Origin: Tannockella kyphosi
Lineage (GTDB): Bacteria; Bacillota_I; Bacilli_A; Erysipelotrichales; Coprobacillaceae
NCBI RefSeq assembly: GCF_021054785.1
Contig: NZ_CP088239.1
Location: 1,800,001-1,832,000 of the forward strand
Direction: 5' to 3'
Length of the DNA: 32,000 nucleotides
Positions within the stretch are counted from its first letter, which is position 1. Every line of letters begins with the position of its first letter. Shown in pieces: positions 8,593 to 18,477 of the stretch. The notes under the pieces were generated by a model. That model ran no database searches, was not told the DNA's origin, and saw only the letters and a list, made by a program, of their open reading frames with translations. Position numbers and translations under genes: made by a program.

Positions 8593-10473
8593 ATGTTAGT
8601 ATATCAAGGAATAAAAACTGATTTTATTAATGATGTAAATCTTAATTTAATAGTTACTAAAATAAAAGATAAATATTTTGAATTCTTTCATCGAAGTGTA
8701 GGTAAAGCAGAAATAAATTCATGGAAAAACTCTATGCAATATATGCGTGGTGTATTAGATGATAATGAAATACCTAATAATGCAGGTATTGCTATTGAAT
8801 TTAATATTCCTACCACATCTAAGAGAATTGATTTTATTATCTCTGGAAGAGATAATAAAAAGAATGATTCTGTTATTATTGTAGAATTAAAACAATGGGA
8901 AACCGTTACTGCCGTTAAAGATAAAGATGGTATTGTATCTACCTATACAGGTGGTGCGATAAGAGAAGTTACTCACCCATCTTATCAAGCTATGACATAC
9001 GCTAATCTAATTAGAGATTTTAATGAAACAGTACATCAAGAAAATATAGGTTTGTATCCTTGTGCTTTTCTTCATAATTATGATTTAAATGATAATGATC
9101 CTATCTTAGATAATCAATACAAAGAATATATTGATGAAGCTCCTTTATTTGGTAGTAAAGACTTTAAAAAACTTAGAAAATTTATTAAAAAATATATTGT
9201 AGAAGGAGATGATCGTGAACTCCTTTATAAAATAGAAAATGGTAGAATTAAACCTTCTAAAAGATTACAAGATTCACTATCAAAGATGCTAACAGGTAAT
9301 AAAGAATTTCATATGATAGATGACCAAAAGGTCATCTATGAACAAGCAATTCTTGAAGCAAACAATACTATTAATAACGAAGAAAAGAAAGTTTTAATAG
9401 TACAAGGAGGTCCTGGTACTGGTAAGTCTGTTCTAGCAGTAAACCTACTAGTAGAATTCACGAAAAGAAATATGACAAGCTTCTATGTAACAAAGAATAG
9501 TGCTCCTAGAGAAGTTTTTAGTAAGAAATTAAAAGGGACTTTTAAACAAAAACATATCGACAATTTATTTCAGGGTTCTGGTGTTTTTGTTAACTCCGAA
9601 TCAAATGAACTAGACTGTTTAATTGTTGATGAAGCTCATCGCTTAAATGCTAAATCTGGTATGTTTTCTAATTTAGGTGAAAATCAAGTAAAAGAAATTA
9701 TTAATGCTTCTAGATATTCGATATTCTTTATTGATGAAAATCAAAAAGTAACATTTAAAGATATTGGATCTACTCAAATAATTAAGAATTATGCAAAAGA
9801 ATTAAACGCTAATGTTAGTGTAGTAGATTTAGCAAGTCAATTTAGATGTAATGGATCTGATGGTTATTTATCTTGGTTAGATAATGTTCTTGAAATAAAA
9901 GAAACAGCAAACTATGATTTAGAAGATATTAAATATGATTTTCAAGTAGTAGATAATCCTAAAGATTTACAATTATTAATAAATGAAAAAAACGATATAA
10001 ATAATCGTTCTAGAATGGTTGCTGGTTATTGTTGGGATTGGATTTCTTCAGGTAAAAATGATAGTAGAGTACATGATATTGTTATTGATGATTTTTCTAT
10101 AAGTTGGAATTTAGGTAATTCTACTACATGGGCTATTGATGAAAGTTCGATAGAAGAGATTGGATGTATTCATACTAGCCAAGGATTAGAATTTGATTAT
10201 GTTGGTGTTATTATTGGTGATGACTTACGTTATGAGAATGATAAAATTGTTACTGATTTTACTAAACGTGCGAAAACAGACCAATCTATTAAAGGACTTA
10301 AAAAGTTAAAGAAAGAAAATGAGAAAAAAGCCTTAGAAATAGCTGATGAAATTATCAAGAACACTTATCGTACTTTAATGACTAGAGGTATGAAAGGATG
10401 TTATTTGTATTGTACTGATAAAGCATTAGCTAATTATTTTAGGGAAAGAATTACAGGCACCTATAATTTGTAG
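8593..10473 (+). CDS. DUF2075-type SF1 helicase/ATPase with an N-terminal PD-(D/E)xK nuclease-like domain (Schlafen group-III-like / Nhi-like architecture, 626 aa)
   Basis: N-terminus RIDFIISG...VIIVELKQWE (D...E-x-K). Walker A GGPGTGKS, Walker B LIVDEAHRL, then IHTSQGLEFDYVGVIIGDDL and TYRTLMTRGMKGCYLY. The start is 12 nt after the MazG stop, with RBS AAGGAG. Confidence 0.75.
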   Translation: MLVYQGIKTDFINDVNLNLIVTKIKDKYFEFFHRSVGKAEINSWKNSMQYMRGVLDDNEIPNNAGIAIEFNIPTTSKRIDFIISGRDNKKNDSVIIVELKQWETVTAVKDKDGIVSTYTGGAIREVTHPSYQAMTYANLIRDFNETVHQENIGLYPCAFLHNYDLNDNDPILDNQYKEYIDEAPLFGSKDFKKLRKFIKKYIVEGDDRELLYKIENGRIKPSKRLQDSLSKMLTGNKEFHMIDDQKVIYEQAILEANNTINNEEKKVLIVQGGPGTGKSVLAVNLLVEFTKRNMTSFYVTKNSAPREVFSKKLKGTFKQKHIDNLFQGSGVFVNSESNELDCLIVDEAHRLNAKSGMFSNLGENQVKEIINASRYSIFFIDENQKVTFKDIGSTQIIKNYAKELNANVSVVDLASQFRCNGSDGYLSWLDNVLEIKETANYDLEDIKYDFQVVDNPKDLQLLINEKNDINNRSRMVAGYCWDWISSGKNDSRVHDIVIDDFSISWNLGNSTTWAIDESSIEEIGCIHTSQGLEFDYVGVIIGDDLRYENDKIVTDFTKRAKTDQSIKGLKKLKKENEKKALEIADEIIKNTYRTLMTRGMKGCYLYCTDKALANYFRERITGTYNL

Positions 10474-10496
10474 AGACCCTAAAAAATTAGACTTTC

Positions 10497-10527
10497 GAAG
10501 AAGTAGTGTTTTACTACTTCTTTTTAA
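10497..10527 (+). terminator. Rho-independent terminator of the MazG-DUF2075 operon
   Basis: GAAGAAGTAGT gtttt ACTACTTCTT followed by TTT, 25 nt after the stop. Confidence 0.75.
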
Positions 10528-10691
10528 TACTGTCCGAGCAATTCTATATTCAATCAAATTCATCCAAGACAGTTCTTGCTTAATTCCACAATGATTATAA
10601 TGATAATATATTTTTTTCTATCGCCTGCTTTAGCTCTTCATAACAATAAACATTCGTCTCTTAAATAATCTTGCACATTTTTTTCGATTTA

Positions 10692-11882
<1,191 letters not shown>

Positions 11883-12046
11883 ACTTGAGTTTTGAAAATC
11901 AATCATCTTCTTATAAGCAGACTATTCTATTATAAGTTCATCATTTTTCCCCACTTGATAAACTTGTCCTTGTTTTAACAAAACGATCTTATCGCTCTAG
12001 CAATAATACGCATTCTATGTGTTATTACTAATACTGTTTTATCTTT
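11883..12046 (-). pseudogene. Remnant of an ABC-transporter 3' end (copy c), directly abutting the IS3 right end
   Basis: acttgagttttgaaaatcaatcat...ctctagcaataatacgcattctatgtgttattactaatactgttttatcttt aligns to 2190..2350 and to copy a. It shares copy a's breakpoint. Confidence 0.7.
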
Positions 12047-12123
12047 AGTATATCTTGTACAACATCAAAATATCTCCTACATTATGATCTGTAATTAAGA
12101 AACAGGAGACAACAAATAGAAAT

Positions 12124-12200
12124 ACGGGACAATACCATACATATTATTACTAAAAACGGGGCAATATAAAGAATACAGTATTGAAAAAACGGGGCAAATA
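12124..12200 (+). promoter_or_regulatory. Three direct ACGGG(G/A)CAA(T) boxes upstream of the DUF4143 ATPase gene
   Basis: ACGGGACAAT (12124), ACGGGGCAAT (12156) and ACGGGGCAAAT (12189), spaced 32-33 bp apart, about three helical turns. One box is also present in copy a (1956..1973). Confidence 0.4.
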
Positions 12201-12229
12201 ATATATTGTATAGTTGGAGGTATAAATAT

Positions 12230-13576
12230 ATGTATAGAAAAGATTCCCTTATGATTAAAGATTGGCTTGAAAAATCAAATAAAGCTTTATTAGTAACAGG
12301 AGCAAGACAAATAGGTAAAACTTGGTTAATACGTGATGAGATTGAAAAAAGTAGTTATATAAAGTTCGAAGTGAATTTTATTGATCAACCTAATATGGTT
12401 GAGTATTTAAATGTCAACATAAGTGCAGAGGAATTTCTAATTAAGTTAAAAATGATTATGCCAGAGAACTGTAAACCAAAAGAAACAGTAATATTTTTTG
12501 ACGAGGTTCAAAAATGCCCTGAAATAGTCACAAAAATTAAATTCCTTGTGGATGAAGGTAGTTATAAATATATACTGAGTGGCTCATTATTAGGAGTTGA
12601 TCTGAAAGGAATAGCATCAGCTCCTGTTGGATACTTATCTATTCTAAGGATGTATCCTATGGATTTTGAAGAATTTATGCTAGCAAATAATATATCAAAC
12701 ATGACAATCGAGATGTTAAAAGAAAAGTTTGAAACAAAAAGCCCTGTAGATGACTTCATTCACCAAAAACTTTTATCCCTATTTTTTATATACCTTATTG
12801 TTGGTGGAATGCCGGAGGCTGTAAAAACTTATATTGATACAAAAGATATTAGGGATGTTGATAAAGTACAACATGATATCGTCTTACTTTACAAAGAAGA
12901 TTTTACACAATATGAACTGGAGGATAAAAAACTTAGGTTGAAATCTATATATGATATTATTCCAGCGGAGCTAAACAAGCAGAATAAGAAATTCGTTTTC
13001 ACTATGTTAGACAAAGAACTTAAGTTTAACAGATATGAAAATAGCTTTTTATGGTTAAAAGATGCAGGTGTGGCTTTGCCAGTTTATAATGTTGATGTAC
13101 CAATTATTCCACTTTTAGCAAGCAAGAAGAGTAACGTGTTCAGACTCTTTTCCAGTGATATAGGATTATTGACTAGTCAATATCCATCACAAACAAAGAT
13201 TGAGTTAATTAATAATAATGGAGAAGTAAATAATGGTGCACATTTTGAAAATATTGTAGCGCAGCAATTAGTTGCAAATGGATTTGATCCATATTTTTGT
13301 AAAAAGAAAAATATAGGAGAACTAGACTTTGTAATAGAAATGGAAGGTAATATTGTTCCAATTGAAGTCAAATCTGGGAACGACTATAAATCACATAAGG
13401 CTTTGAGTGATTTTTTGAATGTACCCGAGTATCATATTGATAGGGCATATGTTTTTTGCAAAGGAAATGTAGATGTTAAAGAAAAAGTAACATATCTTCC
13501 AATTTACATGTGTTATCTTCTAAAAGAAAAGAAACTTCCCATGATGAAAGTAGAATTAGATCTTAATGGTTTGTAG
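12230..13576 (+). CDS. AAA+ ATPase of the AAA_14/DUF4143 family (COG1373-like, 448 aa)
   Basis: Walker A LLVTGARQIGKT, Walker B-like VIFFDEVQ, plus the C-terminal ...GELDFVIE...PIEVKSG motif typical of DUF4143. ATG at 12230 follows GGAGG. The track start at 12206 is a TTG. Confidence 0.8.
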   Translation: MYRKDSLMIKDWLEKSNKALLVTGARQIGKTWLIRDEIEKSSYIKFEVNFIDQPNMVEYLNVNISAEEFLIKLKMIMPENCKPKETVIFFDEVQKCPEIVTKIKFLVDEGSYKYILSGSLLGVDLKGIASAPVGYLSILRMYPMDFEEFMLANNISNMTIEMLKEKFETKSPVDDFIHQKLLSLFFIYLIVGGMPEAVKTYIDTKDIRDVDKVQHDIVLLYKEDFTQYELEDKKLRLKSIYDIIPAELNKQNKKFVFTMLDKELKFNRYENSFLWLKDAGVALPVYNVDVPIIPLLASKKSNVFRLFSSDIGLLTSQYPSQTKIELINNNGEVNNGAHFENIVAQQLVANGFDPYFCKKKNIGELDFVIEMEGNIVPIEVKSGNDYKSHKALSDFLNVPEYHIDRAYVFCKGNVDVKEKVTYLPIYMCYLLKEKKLPMMKVELDLNGL

Positions 13577-13693
13577 AATAGCTAATATAAATCGAGTAGA
13601 GAGCTTTATCAAGTTTAGAGCTTTGTTCTTTCTAAAATGAATAGAAATAGCAACTATAGCACTAAGTTATACACTTTGTGTTAGATCATAAAT

Positions 13694-13730
13694 AAAAGGA
13701 CGAGGTATCATATCAGATTTCGTCCTTTTA
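13694..13730 (+). terminator. Terminator after the ATPase gene (copy c counterpart of 2088..2119)
   Basis: AAAAGGACGA ...15-nt loop... TCGTCCTTTT, then a T-rich tail. Confidence 0.55.
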
Positions 13731-13835
13731 AATTTTATTTTCTTTTTGAAATTTTTGAATAGAATGTTTATCAATATATGGCATTCCACTATTATTTCAA
13801 TCTTTAAATATAAGCTGTTAAATTTAATTATCCCA

Positions 13836-14309
13836 TCAATTTTTATAAGAAATTAACGTCGCTAACAAACCTTCAAAATCAGTATTTCCATCAGATTGAA
13901 TCAAACCCGTATCCGCTTTAGAAAATAGATTCGACAGTATCATTGTAGATATCTTTTCATCAATCTTTCCGACATTTAGTAAAGATAAATAAAAATAGGT
14001 TAACACATATTTTTGCTTGTATTCTTCGCTAAGATGTTTTGAAGAAATTATCATTTTTATAAAAACTCTAAGAACATAGATAATTAAACATACCATCGAG
14101 AGCAAAATGACACTACTGTAAACAGGCATATCTTTACTAAATAATGTTATTGAAAAAACAGTTTCATTTATTGTTATCTCCGGTGTTAAAATAAGACCTA
14201 GCAACATCATCAATAAAACCGACAAGGCTAACGTTGCAACACTCCAGTGAATTGTACTTTTTTCGTACTCTTTCGATTTTTCATCAAGAAAGTTAGCCGG
14301 CTCTTCCAA
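13836..14309 (-). CDS. Hypothetical membrane protein (157 aa, TTG start; possibly a fragment of a longer gene)
   Basis: Two clear hydrophobic segments (ATLALSVLLMMLLGLIL and SSVILLSMVCLIIYVL). I recognised no family motif. The start codon and RBS are weak. Confidence 0.35.
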   Translation of the reverse strand: MEEPANFLDEKSKEYEKSTIHWSVATLALSVLLMMLLGLILTPEITINETVFSITLFSKDMPVYSSVILLSMVCLIIYVLRVFIKMIISSKHLSEEYKQKYVLTYFYLSLLNVGKIDEKISTMILSNLFSKADTGLIQSDGNTDFEGLLATLISYKN

Positions 14310-14424
14310 CTTTAATTTCCTTTGTTTTAAAAAATAGAAGATGAAATAATTACTACGAATTATACATTCACAGAAATTACACTTTCTTTTATCAAACCTA
14401 TCAGTTGCCTAATTACATTCTTTT

Positions 14425-14782
14425 TTTTATATGCTATTAAAGAATTTGAAATTCTTACTAAATATTGCACTGTTACAATTGATGATGTAGAAGATAAAGT
14501 AGACTATGGAACTGTAGTCACATTAGATACACTAACTAAAGATGGTTACACATTTGATGGATAGATCAAGATGGTGAAGTATATACAAGTGAAGTAACAG
14601 TAACTTCTGACTTAGTTCTTTCTTCTACATGGACTAAGGATGTAGATAGCACTGATGGTGACACAGATACTGATGATGTAGTAGATACTGGAGATACTAA
14701 TAATGTATTACTATTCACATCATTAAGTATTGATGCTCTTGCATTAATCTTAATAGATATGAAAAAAAGAAGTAGAGTTTAA
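14425..14782 (+). pseudogene. C-terminal remnant of a cell-wall-anchored surface protein (Listeria-Bacteroides/Flg_new repeat plus LPXTG-like sorting signal)
   Basis: ...KDGYTFDG, frameshift at 14562-14563, then DQDGEVYTSEVTVTSDLVLSSTWTKD...VVDTGDTNNVLLFTSLSIDALALILIDMKKRSRV*. There is no N-terminal part or start codon. Confidence 0.6.
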
Positions 14783-14806
14783 TAATACTAATTAAAATAA
14801 GTGCTA

Positions 14807-14834
14807 AAAGTAGAGTCTATTGACTCTACTTTTT
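14807..14834 (+). terminator. Terminator after the surface-protein remnant
   Basis: AAAAGTAGAGTC tatt GACTCTACTTTT, a perfect 12-bp stem with a T tail. Confidence 0.75.
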
Positions 14835-15009
14835 AAATAGATAATTTGTTCAATTAAAGCAGCATCCTACCCTTTAACTTACTTATTTCTCTTGAATGTC
14901 TTTCTAGTATTAGTTTAATACTCTCTAATGCTTTATTATACAACGTATCCATACTATACAAGTTCATTTTCCTTCTTCTATTATTATTTTGGCTTTAAAA
15001 GATACTGAC

Positions 15010-15202
15010 GTACAGCAATTTCATCAGCATGATTCTTATGAACACCTGTAATTTCTCCTTTATCCTCCACTCCAGAAAACAATCGTCCTCCCTCAGCATT
15101 AGTCATCAAAAGAATAGCTTCAATAAACTCATTATCTTTTAGTTGTTTAACATCCCTTTGATATTTGATTTTTAATAACTACTTGCTAGGTATAATTCAC
15201 AT
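15010..15202 (-). pseudogene. N-terminal remnant of a COG2865 (AlbA_2/Schlafen-type) gene, paralogue of 24995..26641
   Basis: Reads M*IIPSK*LLKIKYQRDVKQLKDNEFIEAILLMTNAEGGRLFSGVEDKGEITGVHKNHADEIAV against the intact MRIIPSKETLKIEFKSDVKELKDNELIEAVLGMANTEGGQLFLGVEDDGVITGVHKKHADEIGV. It has two nonsense codons and is truncated after about 64 codons. Confidence 0.8.
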
Positions 15203-15225
15203 AAAAACACCCACTAAACGCACTC

Positions 15226-15271
15226 TAACGCGCGCGTGTGTTTATTTCAATAATTTTAACGCGCGCGTGTG
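15226..15271 (-). promoter_or_regulatory. Degenerate copy of the (CG)n double-box promoter, upstream of the COG2865 pseudogene
   Basis: TAACGCGCGCGTGTG occurs at 15226..15240 and 15257..15271, offset 31 bp, the same spacing as 26665/26696. On the minus strand TTGAAA, 17 nt, TAGAGT is embedded. Confidence 0.6.
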
Positions 15272-15317
15272 AAAGTGCGCAATGTAAACATTACTTTTAT
15301 AATTACCTATCTCAATT

Positions 15318-15382
15318 CTTTATAAACATCTTTCTATCTCTTTTCTATCACTATTCTCTTTCTATCACTGATAGAATACAAT
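15318..15382 (-). promoter_or_regulatory. Remnant of the tetO-like promoter/5' end of an 18586..19875-type gene
   Basis: Near-identical to 19868..19950, including CTATCACTGATAG (15362..15374) and the ATGTTTA start. An 18-bp deletion lies between two GATAG repeats, and no gene body follows. Confidence 0.65.
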
Positions 15383-15425
15383 TTTTCATTCTTTTTTAAA
15401 ACAAAAAACTCTCCTAAGAAAGTTT
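15383..15425 (-). repeat. R1: truncated array repeat (left flank plus terminator hairpin only); terminator of the ATPase gene
   Basis: tttttcattcttttttaaaacaaaaaACTCTCCTAAGAAAGTT, hairpin 15407..15424. Homology ends 10 nt from the stop of 15435..16637. Confidence 0.75.
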
Positions 15426-15434
15426 CCTGTCTTC

Positions 15435-16637
15435 TTAACATAGCAAGAAATCTACTATATTTTGATGAATAATACCATTTCTACTCATATCAAATTCATC
15501 ATAAGATATTACATACTTTGGATGATTATCTGATATACTTTCTAATACCGAAAACTCATGTTCAACCACTTCTTCACTTGCAAGCAAATATGCTACTTGA
15601 ATATAGATTTTTTCACTTTGTTTTCTAGCAATAAAATCAATTTCTTTCGTTCCATTTTTACCAACCGTAATAGTATATCCTCTACGTAGTAATTCTACAT
15701 ACACAATATTTTCAAACATAAGATTAATATCTTTCCTATTTCCACCAAATACCGCTTCTCTTAATCCCTGATCAACAAGATAATACTTCTCATTGACCGA
15801 TAGAATCTTTTTACCTTGTATATCTTCTCTTTTCACCCTATAAAATAAATAAGCAGATTCACATGCTCTAATATAATTTAAAACTGTTTCTGGAGAAACA
15901 ACTCTCCCTTCATTTTTAAAATATTTTGAAATGTTCGTTGCAGAAAAGGTAGTTCCTATGTTTGTTGTAACATATGCGATAATGCGCTCCAGTAAATCTA
16001 CATCACGAATATTATTTCGTTTTACTACATCTTTTAACACTAGTGCACTATATAAATCTTTAAGATACATCTTACTTGGTTCTACATCAAATTGTAAATT
16101 ACTAAGATACGGCATACCTCCCATAGTTAAGTATTGTTTAAAAATATCATTAGGACTACTATTAGGAAATAGTTTATTGTAACTCATTGCAAACTCTTCT
16201 AAGGAAAAAGGATAAATAACAAATTCAACATAACGCCCTGATAAATAACTTGCAAGTTCACTAGATAGTAACTTTGCATTTGATCCAGTAATATAAATAT
16301 CACAATCAAATTCCACCCTAAAAGAATTAATTGCTTTTTCCCAATCCTTTACTTCCTGTATTTCATCAAAGAATAAATATACTTTATCATTATTATCCAA
16401 AATGAATTCACTTACTTTATCATGCAATGCGCTTGCTGATAAAATATCAGCATGCCTCATATCTTCAAAGTTAAACTCTATAAACTGTTGTTTATTTACG
16501 CCCTGTCTTAATAATTCTTCTTGTATAAGTTTTAACATAACTGACTTCCCACTTCTACGTACACCTGTTAATACTTTTACCAAATCTTTATTTATAAATG
16601 GCCTGATTTTTTTTAAATACTGTTCACGTTCAATCAT
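15435..16637 (-). CDS. AAA+ ATPase of the AAA_14/DUF4143 family (400 aa)
   Basis: Walker A VLTGVRRSGKS, Walker B LFFDEIQE, C-terminal KEIDFIA...YIQV motif. ATG at 16637 follows GAGGTG. The track start at 16670 adds 11 unsupported codons. Confidence 0.85.
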   Translation of the reverse strand: MIEREQYLKKIRPFINKDLVKVLTGVRRSGKSVMLKLIQEELLRQGVNKQQFIEFNFEDMRHADILSASALHDKVSEFILDNNDKVYLFFDEIQEVKDWEKAINSFRVEFDCDIYITGSNAKLLSSELASYLSGRYVEFVIYPFSLEEFAMSYNKLFPNSSPNDIFKQYLTMGGMPYLSNLQFDVEPSKMYLKDLYSALVLKDVVKRNNIRDVDLLERIIAYVTTNIGTTFSATNISKYFKNEGRVVSPETVLNYIRACESAYLFYRVKREDIQGKKILSVNEKYYLVDQGLREAVFGGNRKDINLMFENIVYVELLRRGYTITVGKNGTKEIDFIARKQSEKIYIQVAYLLASEEVVEHEFSVLESISDNHPKYVISYDEFDMSRNGIIHQNIVDFLLC

Positions 16638-16706
16638 TAGAATCACCTCACTAATATTATAGTATACCACTTATATGTTTTATTCAATCAAATATGATAG
16701 TTTTAA

Positions 16707-16758
16707 CAGTTATAACCGTGATAATTGGTATATTTATATATTTTATCAGTTATAACTG
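16707..16758. promoter_or_regulatory. Two CAGTTATAAC(C/T)G palindromes upstream of the ATPase gene
   Basis: CAGTTATAACCG (16707..16718) and the perfect palindrome CAGTTATAACTG (16747..16758), offset 40 bp, lie 70-120 bp upstream of the start. Confidence 0.4.
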
Positions 16759-16887
16759 CTAAAATATATTTATTTCGTTATGCTTTTAGAATTTCAACAA
16801 TAACATTCCTGTCCCTTAAAGTCGTGACAATAAATCAAGTAATCTTATTTGTAATATTCTTTAGCTTCTTCTATAACTTTATTTATA

Positions 16888-17066
16888 AATAAAAAAACTC
16901 TCCTAAGAGAGTTCAAGTTCATGCATAAATCTAACAGTTTGAAGTATTATAACTATCTTTTTGTTATAAATATTCGTTATAAAACAAGAGTTTTTATAGT
17001 GTTTGCATCTTACGAGCATCTTAATCAAATGCACTCAAACAAAGTTTACATCGTATTATGTTCATA
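16888..17066 (-). repeat. R2: full array repeat (subfamily A core; right arm shared with R5)
   Basis: Hairpin AACTCTCCTAAGAGAGTT at 16896..16913, then gttcaagttcatgcataaatctaacagtttgaagtattataactatctttttgtta...tttttatagtgtttgcatcttacgagcatcttaatcaaatgcactc...cgtattatgttcata. It ends 4 nt from the VOC stop codon. Confidence 0.85.
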
Positions 17067-17069
17067 TTT

Positions 17070-17564
17070 TTAATAAGCACCCTTAGAATAAGTCACTTCA
17101 TAGCTATGCGTATAAATTTCGAATACAATACCAAATGGATCTTCAACATAACACATTTTATATGGTTTTTCATTTGGATAGTATTCCTTGATAGGCATAC
17201 GTTGTTTACCACCATGAGATACAATTTTTTCAATCATACCCTCAATATCTGGATCCTGCACAGAAAAATGGAAAAGACCTGTATTTTTGAATTCAAATGG
17301 TTGCGTTTTTTTATCGTTATCCACAAACTCAAATAGTTCTATTCCAATGGCGTTTGAAGTGACCATGTGAGCAATTTTGAAATCTCCATGCCCTTTACCG
17401 AATACTTCCTCGCACATAATTCCGATTGCAGAAGTATTTTCCTCTTTGATAACTGATGGTTCCATTACAACATACCAACCCATTACCTCGCTATAAAACT
17501 TAACCGCCCGTTCTAAATTAGACACAGACAAACCTATGTGTGAAAATGCTCTTGGATAATTCAT
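17070..17564 (-). CDS. VOC-family (glyoxalase/bleomycin-resistance/dioxygenase fold) protein, 164 aa
   Basis: FSHIGLSVSNLERAVKFYSEVMGW... and ...LFHFSVQDPDIEGM...DPFGIVFEIY are the paired beta-alpha-beta-beta-beta module signatures. Confidence 0.75.
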   Translation of the reverse strand: MNYPRAFSHIGLSVSNLERAVKFYSEVMGWYVVMEPSVIKEENTSAIGIMCEEVFGKGHGDFKIAHMVTSNAIGIELFEFVDNDKKTQPFEFKNTGLFHFSVQDPDIEGMIEKIVSHGGKQRMPIKEYYPNEKPYKMCYVEDPFGIVFEIYTHSYEVTYSKGAY

Positions 17565-17638
17565 TTTCGTACCTCCTTTCGAGATACTTTAATAATATAG
17601 TAATATAAAGATTAAGAGAATAACGTACTTTTTTGTAC

Positions 17639-17980
17639 CTATGTATTATCAATCATTATTTCATTTTCACTAGCATATTCTTTTGAAAAATCACAAAATC
17701 CCTCCACAAGAGGAATAAGTCCTTTGTAGCGCGGTGAGAGTGAATATACTACATTAAGTGGTTTCTCACATACCACAGTCCTTACTAATATATTGCTTAA
17801 CTCAAGCTCCTTTAATTGTGTGACAAGCATTTTATGTGTTATATCAGGGATACCTCTTTGCAGTAAAGAAAAACGATTATCTCCATTTAAGATATGCCAC
17901 AAAATCCTCATTTTCCATTTCCCACCTAGCAAATCCATTGATAACAGCAATGCACAAGTGTATTGTTTTTTTATCTTCAT
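17639..17980 (-). CDS. HxlR-family winged-helix transcriptional regulator (113 aa)
   Basis: C..LLSMDLLGGKWKMRILWHIL.G..RF..L.R.IP.IT.KMLVTQLKELE...IV.R is a typical HxlR/MarR-like signature. It lies directly upstream of the VOC gene. Confidence 0.8.
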   Translation of the reverse strand: MKIKKQYTCALLLSMDLLGGKWKMRILWHILNGDNRFSLLQRGIPDITHKMLVTQLKELELSNILVRTVVCEKPLNVVYSLSPRYKGLIPLVEGFCDFSKEYASENEIMIDNT

Positions 17981-18245
17981 CTTACATTCCTTATTATATA
18001 AATTTTAATTGTTCTTACTTTTTTATTAACATATTTTATTGTAAAACAAATACCAACTACAATCAATGTATACAAACCATATATTTGAGTATTAGTATAT
18101 CCTATATAAATCAGTATTGTTATAGTAGTGAATAGACTTATACATACAATATCCTACAAATGCACCATTACAAATATTTTGCATACCGTTCTTGTTTCAT
18201 AACAAATCAGGCTTCATCTAATATAAACACCCTATATATGCAAAT

Positions 18246-18430
18246 TTTATCATACTAGACTTACGCATTCAATGATGGATAACAAATTAAAAACTCTCCT
18301 AAGAGAGTTCAAGTTCATGCATAAATCTAACAGTTTGAAGTATTATAACTATCTTTTTGTTATAAATATTCGTTATAAAACAAGCATTTTTATAGCATTT
18401 GCATATTATGAACAACATAACAACATCGTA
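18246..18430 (-). repeat. R3: full array repeat (subfamily A core; left flank and right arm shared with R6)
   Basis: Left flank ttatcatactagacttacGcattcaatgatggataacaaat, hairpin 18292..18309, core as in R2, arm ...gcatattatgaacaacataacaacatcgtac. Confidence 0.85.
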
Positions 18431-18477
18431 CTAATTACAATAATGGTTATTCAATATTCATTGATTGTTTTATTTTA

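Noticed and set aside
10521-10555. ACTGTCCGAGCAATTCTATATTCAATC as a solo IS3 right end
   Set aside because: Similarity to the true right end (ACTGTCCGAAAAAGTATTGACAATC) is limited to about 9 contiguous nt plus scattered matches. It is mentioned as a possibility but not annotated.
14854-14967. Small minus-strand ORF MNLYSMDTLYNKALESIKLILERHSREISKLKGRMLL (37 aa) just beyond the COG2865 pseudogene
   Set aside because: The RBS spacing is poor (GAAGGAAAATG), I recognised no family, and it sits in a zone of remnants. It cannot be told apart from a chance ORF without conservation data.
18000-18245. Possible decayed small membrane-protein gene between hxlR and R3 (begins MKQERYAKYL*)
   Set aside because: The R3 flank matches the R6 flank that precedes a real small membrane-protein gene. 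Here, though, every minus-strand frame is broken within about 10-40 codons, and I could not align it to 24470..24718.
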